From Klebsormidium nitens (taxonomy: Eukaryota > Plantae > Klebsormidiophyceae), in NCBI GenBank assembly GCA_000708835.1, contig DF237090.1, positions 112,462-176,461 of the forward strand: 64,000 nucleotides of DNA, written 5' to 3'. Positions 57,201 through 64,000 of the stretch are shown here, piece by piece. Numbering within the stretch: the first letter of the stretch is position 1; every line of letters starts with the position of its first letter. The translations under genes and the position numbers were made by a program. The notes below the pieces were generated by a model. It worked only from the letters and a program-made list of their open reading frames with translations. It was not told the DNA's origin and ran no database searches.

Positions 57201-58888
57201 GCTGCTGCTAAGGCTGGCTGCTTTGCGTCAAGACACGAAGTTTGCCAGCCCCAGTCTGGCAAGTATACCACTACGTTGGTATAACAACGCCTTGACATTT
57301 TGGACTCGCTTGACTCCAGTAGCCGCCCACCGCGCCCTCACCTGTCCAGCCCCAGCATGCGCACAAACAGGCCCACGTAGCCCTCCTCGATGTTCCGCGG
57401 CCGCGCCGGCTGTTCCGCCGCCAGCAGCCTCAGCTCGTCCACCACCTGCCGCGCCGCGTCCCGCATCTCGTCGTCCTCCGCGCTCTCCTCTTCCATCAGT
57501 ACTGCGAGCACCTTATCCACCGCTCCCGCTGCCACGAGGGCGCCCTTCTGGTGCCTGTCCCGCGCCATGTCCGCCAGCACCGCGGCGGCCGCCACGCGCT
57601 CCCCGCCCTGCGCAGTGTCGAGCAAGTTCACTAGCGGGCCCACCAGCTGGTTCAGCGCCGCGCCCGCCTCCTGCCGCACCGCCTGCGAGTACTCCGTCTC
57701 TGCGTTCGTCAGCAGCTTCACCAGCTTCGGCACCGCCCCCGCCTCCTCGATCTTCTCGCGCACTGCCGCAACGCTGGCCAGGTTGGCCACCAGGCGCGCC
57801 GCAGCGAGCCTCTCCTCCTCCATTGCACTGTCCAGCGACGCCAGGCTGGGGCCCAGGCCCCCGACCGCCACAATTGTCTCCGCTTCGTGCCGCCCCCGTG
57901 AGAGCCTCTCCAACGCCCCCACAGCCTGCTCGCGCACCAGCGCCGGGGTGCCCCTGCGCTCCAGCAGGCCCACCAAGCCCTCCACGCCGCCTGCCCATGC
58001 AATCTCTTCCCGAAGTGTGTCAATCTGAGCCAAGTTGCGCAGAAGCCCTGCCGCAGAGGCTGCCCCCCGTGCAGTGTCAGCCTTAAGCAGGCTGATCAGA
58101 AGTGAAATGCAACCTGGAAGCCAAAAGGGTGCAAACGAACATGTCAGATTCAAGGCCAGTGGGCAAAGCTCTTACTGGTCTCTGCTTCTAGGACGAAGTA
58201 GGAGGTGGGCTGCACTCACCGCTTGTACATTGAGAGTGTCTACGAAGTGACCAATTCCTCCTGGGAATCCCTTTAATCTCTGAAGGTCTGAATATACAAC
58301 GTGATTTACTAACTTTTCAACATTGTTTATCAGCGACTGCTTATCCGCAGCTGCAACTCTTTGGTGTCATTGGTCACCACCAGCTTGAACACCCACGTAC
58401 GACTGGCCATCATCTCAAACAGGATAGCTTTCGATCCCCTTACCTGGAATCTCTCCAATGCGTTCCAGCTTCTCCGTGCTCTCGAAAGACTGCTGCCACA
58501 GCGCCGAGGCAGCATCCTCTCTATCTTGGGCACTGTTGTTGGTCCCCAGCATGGACGCAAAGTATGCCGTGTACCCATCTTCGAGGTCTGCAGGCTGCGA
58601 GGGGGCTGCCTGGCCCTGCGATTGAGCGCTCCTAGAAGACGCTGACGCCCTCAGCAAGCTGCAGGGCTTGCGATGTACATCATAGGGAAGTGCGCCTAGA
58701 GCTTTTGTGGGCCCAAGCGGGCAGAACCTGCGGAGACCGCGTGCCCAAAATGGCTCCTTCCGAGCAACAACAGTTGGATAATGTGCAGAAAGCCTCTGCT
58801 TTGAACACGCATGAGTTTGATCACCCTGCAAAAGCTGGCACGGCCACCCCAACACACCCACCAACTTTATTGTGCACAGAGAACCCAT
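54283..58888 (-). CDS. ARM-repeat protein with transit-peptide-like N-terminus (4 exons)
   Basis: Exons 58888-58444, 58113-57342, 56910-56707, 56311-54283 splice in frame. Multiple ARM repeats (AAGLLRNLA, GAVPKLVKLL, GGIFSLVDL) are present. GYVGLFVRMLGLD and the terminal LRRLPV match my recollection of the Arabidopsis At1g23180-type family (unverified). Confidence 0.88.
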
Positions 58889-59312
58889 TGCTTCAGGTTT
58901 TCAATGAACTCACATCAGCGCATCTAGACAAGTTGAAAACGGATGCTGACACGGGCAAACCATGCAGAGTTCAGGGCTGTGCTCTCTTCTCATATACATA
59001 GGCTCGCAATCAGCAAAGGCTATCCGCAATTCTCTTGAACTTAAGAAGAGTGAAGCTGTGTGGGAGGACTTGATCTTGGAACATGCGCAATGCCGGACCA
59101 GCATCTTGATGGGAGTGGTGGTGCAGGCAGCAGCCGACAAGACTCCTCCGTACGACTCGTGCAGCTAGAGTCGCGGACTTCAACAAAAGCAAGCTGCAAC
59201 TTCCTAATTTCTAGAGCAGAATGTATCGGCCATTCTATGTACGGAGCCCACAATACCCTCATGGCTTCTGTTCACCTCGGGAGAGCTCCCATGCCCAAAA
59301 ACCAGAAAGCCA

Positions 59313-61397
59313 ATGGCGACCGCTGAGGCCCAGGGCCAGGGCCCTCTTGTTCTCCGCAAGTTCTTGTTGAGTTCTTGTCTCTTTCTGGATGCGCTGGCGG
59401 CGGGTGCGATTCCAGCGCTTCTGCCGTTTGTAGTTACAGCTCGCCATGTCGCTTCAGACGCCCGCGAAGTGGCACAGCTTCTGGCGATCAACTATGGCTG
59501 CACCCTCGGTGCAATGATCCCTTCTGGCCTGCTGCTCTTGTACAGCTGGCACGTGCCTCTGCTGGCCGCGGGCCTCTTCTCGCTCCTCGGGGTGTGCCTG
59601 TTGCTCGGGGTGAGCGCCCATTCCGAGTGGCAGCTGCAGCTGGCCATGGTGCTGGCAGGCTGCAGCGCGGAGTTCACTTTCGCTGGAGCGCTTGCGATAG
59701 TGAGCAAGCTGCAGGCAAGCGAGCATGCTCCAAAAGGGACGCAGAATGGAAGGTCTTTGGGGAAGAGCAGTGAGGTTCATAGTGGACAGCGCCGGTCCTT
59801 CGATGGTCACTCCCTCCAATTCACAGATGAGAACAGAGGCCTGGTCGCTGGCGGGAAGCATCGGAAGCAGCGGTCTGGGGTGAACTGTGTGGAGCCAGGT
59901 GGAGGGGCTGGTACGCTGGAAGAATGCGAGCTGCGAACTGGCACCTCAGATGCGGGCCACGATGCATTAGGTTCTCTGGTGCAACGATGCCTGAGTCCAA
60001 CCTGTAAGAGTCCTGAGGTGCGGAGTCCTCGGAGCACAGCCAGTCTTGCTTTTAGTGAAGAGCGCAGCTTGACACCAGTGAATCTGGAGGCTCCTGCCAT
60101 CGCAACGGATCTGGTCCAGGACGTGGGTCTCCTTTTTGGCGCCCAGTCACTGGGTTATGCCTTGGGGCCTTCTCTGGTTCCTCTAATATATGGGTTCATA
60201 CAAGCCTGGGTGCCCTTTCTGGTGATAGGCGCTTTGACTGCTGTCCTACTTCCACCCCTTCTCTTCTTGCTCCTTCCTGGCCGGACAAAGCCGCGCAGGC
60301 ACCAAACGGGTCACGGTTCAGCTTGGGGTGGTCACAGAGAAAGAGGTGAAGCTGATGAAGACACCTCAAGCAAGGACGACGTCCCTCTCCTTGAGGCTGC
60401 CACCGACCTTAGAAAGCCTGCCAAAGAGAAAAGGAGCAGCGGCAATTCAGTTCCGTCCTTATCGGACCCAGAGCTGAAAGCCAAGCAGCAGGGCACCTCT
60501 GCATTACGAGCTTTCAGGGAACTGATGACCAGCCCGCATGCGCTCCCTGCCATCGTTGCGCTTCTTGTAGAGGGAGTTGTCGTTGGCTCCATTGACACAG
60601 TCGTGCCAAGCTTTCTGAAGGACACGTGTCACACTTCGCTCAGCGCAAGTGGCTTCGTCCTCGGAGGGTACGCGCTCGCGTACGCTGTGGTTGTTTACAA
60701 AGGCACGTCATGGGTACTCCAACGGGTCGGAGATCTCCACACAATGGCCGGGGGGATGGCACTCATGGCGGCCGCTCTCCCCGTGCTCTCCCTGCAGACG
60801 CTCTGCGGAAAGTTGTGGGGACAACCGCTGGTGATGGTAGTCATTGGTAAGAACCCGACTGGTCAGACGGCATGGGCCTGCAAGACCATTTAGTGTCTCG
60901 GGCGGCATCCCTCCTCTCCTCTCGACTTGTAAGGACGCTTTTTTTCTGGCTGCTTTGAGCTCGTTCACCAGCTCACATGAGCCAAGTCGTACTCAAAAAA
61001 ACGAGAACGACTTTTTGCAGATCTCTTCTTGCTTTGAATATCGAGCTGCTTTTGACTCCGATCCTCGTTGCAATGTGCAGGCTCGGGGATGGCGCTGATG
61101 AGCGGACCCATCTTTCCTCGTTTGCTTCGTGCATTGGAGAAGAGAGGAATCGAGAGCGAAGGGCTTGCGGTGATTGTGTATAACGTCCTCTATGCGGGAG
61201 GGATGGTCGTGGGGCCGTTAATTACTTCGTTGATTACAAAGGGAAACTTGAGTAGCCACTTTCTTTCCTTACTGAGTATTGTTTTGATGTTGACAGTCCT
61301 TGCCATCTACTTTCTGGATTGCATAATGGCACGTGATGTTAAGGTGAAGGCTCAAGAAGTGGCTTTGACACGAACTACTAGCAATCATGAGGTCTAG
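59313..61397 (+). CDS. Major facilitator superfamily transporter (SLC18/VMAT-like features; 2 exons)
   Basis: Exons 59313-60846 and 61081-61397 encode about 12 hydrophobic segments in two halves (GAQSLGYALGP; VYNVLYAGGMVVGP) with long hydrophilic loops. Confidence 0.72.
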
Positions 61398-62780
61398 TTC
61401 GCTTTACACTTTTCAATGTCATTGTAATGGCTGCATTCTTTGTAAACGAAGCTGGTGTGAGCGCTAATTTGACTCATCTACGGCGACCACCAGTCGGAGG
61501 CAGGACCCTTGAAGACGCTATCAAGGCACTTTATGCTGCACGTACAAAGTCCTCATTGGTAGGGAGACTGGTGCCAGATAGAGTCGAATTCAAAGTCTTA
61601 AATAAGAGTTGACAGCGCACAATCAAGGCAGTCAGCCACAAAGGATATTTCGCTGAGTTTGAGATTCTAAGCGGGTAATCCATTCAAGGGCAAAACTGCG
61701 CGCCCCAATCGCGCCATCGCTTGAGAGTTCGTTGGGCTGGAGGGGTCATCAACATTCCAGTCCAATGCTTGGGTGCTTCAAAATGTTTCTCTAAATCAGC
61801 CCGGCCAAGATGTTCTGTCTTCGATGCCGCACTGTACAGCGCTGAAGGGCCATTGGTTTCTTATGGCATATACATGAATGTTTGTTGTTGGACGCGATAA
61901 CGGATGCACCAGAGTACAGACGGACTTGGGAATTTATCTACAGCACAAACCTCTACACGACTTTTATCGAAGCCTAAGTACATGATGGAGCACATCACAT
62001 CTATATATATCAATCCGTTTCAAGTTGTTATTCTCAACGGAGGTGCACTTTGGCGCGTAATGGAACCTTTCCAATCCACATAGGCAGACCGTTTCGATCA
62101 TTCTTTCGATTTTAATTCGAGGATCCAAACGGTCTTCTAGCATGTGCGCGCCACTGACCCGCCACTGATCCACTGATTCGTTAGGAATCTGGAGTTAAAG
62201 GCATAAAGATACCTACGTCAATATGCGCATACGGTCACGAAAGCACTGCTGGCACAAAGTAATGAGATTAGCAATGGCGACAGCTTACGCATGCTTGCGA
62301 TCGGTGCTTGCTATCGGTGCCTGCTTCTTCGACCTGTGTATATGAGGTGTATGTCCATCGTTTCAACCACAGGATGACGGCCTCTTTTTCTCTAATTTTC
62401 GTACTCGCCATGGCATAGCCAAATACCTAATAGTATGCCCGTTCTCTGTATGACTCCGTGTGGGACGGGACAAACGCATTTCTTCAACCACGTGAGCCGC
62501 TCGCCCTTACGTACGTACCTTAGGTGACTAGTCCGGACCCTTCGGGCACACAGAGCGGGTATTTTGAGCGACTATAAAGCAGGGGTCGCGGCGCTGCCGT
62601 CGCCAACAAAACACCACAGTTCCTTTCGCCAATAATCCGCCGACTCGTACGGTCATACGTCTCCAAAAACACCGCGCCGCGCGCTCTTTCAAAGTGCTAT
62701 ACCCCAAGAAAAGCCGGGTGCATGACGGTGGTGCAATCCGTGATCGGACTTTTCGGACCGCGTCGCCCAGGACTACCGTC

Positions 62781-63050
62781 TACCCGTAGAGACATTCCTA
62801 ATTCGCACCACCTTGGTGCGAATATTTATTTTTGAAAGATTTTCCATTTCGCGGCAGCTTCGACGAATTTATTTGAAATTTTGTTTTCGCGTATTTCTGG
62901 CGTTTTTACCCTTGTTTTGCCACTTTTGGGGCTGCCAGGGAATTTAATCTTCTTTCGCATTTTCGCACCTGAGTCGAAACTTAGTTTTTTATTTTTCGTT
63001 AGGCCTAAAAATAAACAATTTAGTGCGAATTAGGAATGTCTCTACGGGTA
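62781..63050. mobile_element. MITE with 28-bp perfect terminal inverted repeats including a putative TA target-site duplication (Tc1/mariner-like)
   Basis: tacccgtagagacattcctaattcgcac (62781-62808) is the exact reverse complement of 63023-63050. The interior is AT-rich and non-coding, and both ends are TA. Confidence 0.85.
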
Positions 63051-63105
63051 TTGCGTGAGGCCAAGGTACCCCCCGAACTTCGAAGTCGCCGACAACCCGC
63101 GTACC

Positions 63106-63304
63106 AATTGTCCGGTTGGGCAACAATTAGATATTCTTTGACTTGCCCAAAAATCTGAATTGAGAATATATTCCAAACAAAGATTTGCACTGTGCAGATC
63201 TTTTTGCCCCATGAAAAAACAAAATAAATGGACAAATGATGCTGCCCAGAACGCATGAGATACGAAATAAATTGTTGGGCAAAAATCTGTTCAACCGGAC
63301 AGTT
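63106..63304. mobile_element. Possible second, degenerate MITE-like element
   Basis: A 10-bp perfect inverted pair tgtccggttg (63109-63118) / caaccggaca (63292-63301) plus imperfect subterminal ttgggcaacaatt / aattgttgggcaa around an AT-rich core. No clear TSD. Confidence 0.35.
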
Positions 63305-63457
63305 GGTTCGTTCAACTTCGGCGCAAGAGGCAAAACAACACCTTCAAGTTGACTCGGAGTTCTCGGCGAGGTACCCAGTTGCGGAAAACAACACCCGCTG
63401 GGTGTGTAAACACCCCAAGTTGGAGTCCGGACTCCGATCTGGTGAACACATTCCTGT

Positions 63458-63493
63458 TGTTCACATTGATGTTCACATTGATGTTCACATTTA
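63458..63493. repeat. 3 x 12-bp tandem repeat (tgttcacattga)
   Basis: Two exact copies and a third with 1 mismatch. Confidence 0.9.
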
Positions 63494-64000
63494 TATTGTT
63501 ACCTGTGAGGAACGGTAATGGCAACGGAAGTGTCATTAAGCAGAGTGTTCACTAAGGTTCAGAAGCCTCGGGCACACAAACTTAAAACCCTGACCAAAAA
63601 TACATATACTACGCTCTCCGCACGCCAAGCCATGTGCCACCCTAACCACCACACCAACTATATCCGGTCCCCGGGTACCTACGGTATGTTAGTGAACACC
63701 CCATGTCAATCAATCAATCAATTTATTTTATAGTCCCGTAGGAGCCATGGGTGGCTCATGAGACAAGGTCTGAATGTAGTCTCGAGTCCTAAACGCCTCT
63801 TTAACAAAGCTAGCAACCCTCTGTTGGTTCTGCTGACCTATAAAATGACGCAGACTAAATGAGTAAGTACCAATGGGCTTGTAATATTTACAAGATTACT
63901 AGTATTCAGTATTATTCTCCTCATTGAATATAATGAGTATCTATAGAATATACGCCTTCCTCACCCTCCCCCCGGGACCGCCTCTAACCCCCCCTTCACC

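Overview
This is a gene-dense, intron-rich eukaryotic nuclear window with GC-rich exons, more AT-rich introns and canonical GT-AG splicing. A plastid GapB with a CP12-like tail and land-plant-type genes point to a streptophyte alga, possibly Klebsormidium-like (inference). Eleven spliced genes were assembled by hand: a ~16.7 kb SPIRRIG/ALFY-like BEACH gene with a C-terminal FYVE finger, two head-to-head 5-exon paralogs encoding transmembrane-anchored PARP-like ADP-ribosyltransferase (ART) domains, an FBL11-like BTB-BACK-LRR gene, TAF10, an HR-like lesion-inducing membrane protein gene not visible in the ORF track, GAPB, a bacterial-type GH5 endoglucanase, a DUF1644 zinc finger, an ARM-repeat protein with an internally duplicated module, and an MFS transporter. 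A TA-flanked MITE lies near 62.8-63.05 kb. The best candidates for new biology are the divergent pair of membrane-tethered ART genes with non-canonical catalytic sites and the GH5 gene with two homologous alternative first exons (secreted versus type II membrane form). Other leads are a possible TAF10-FBL11 bicistronic unit and a FYVE finger on a SPI-type protein. All family calls rest on motif recognition from memory, and no database search was run.
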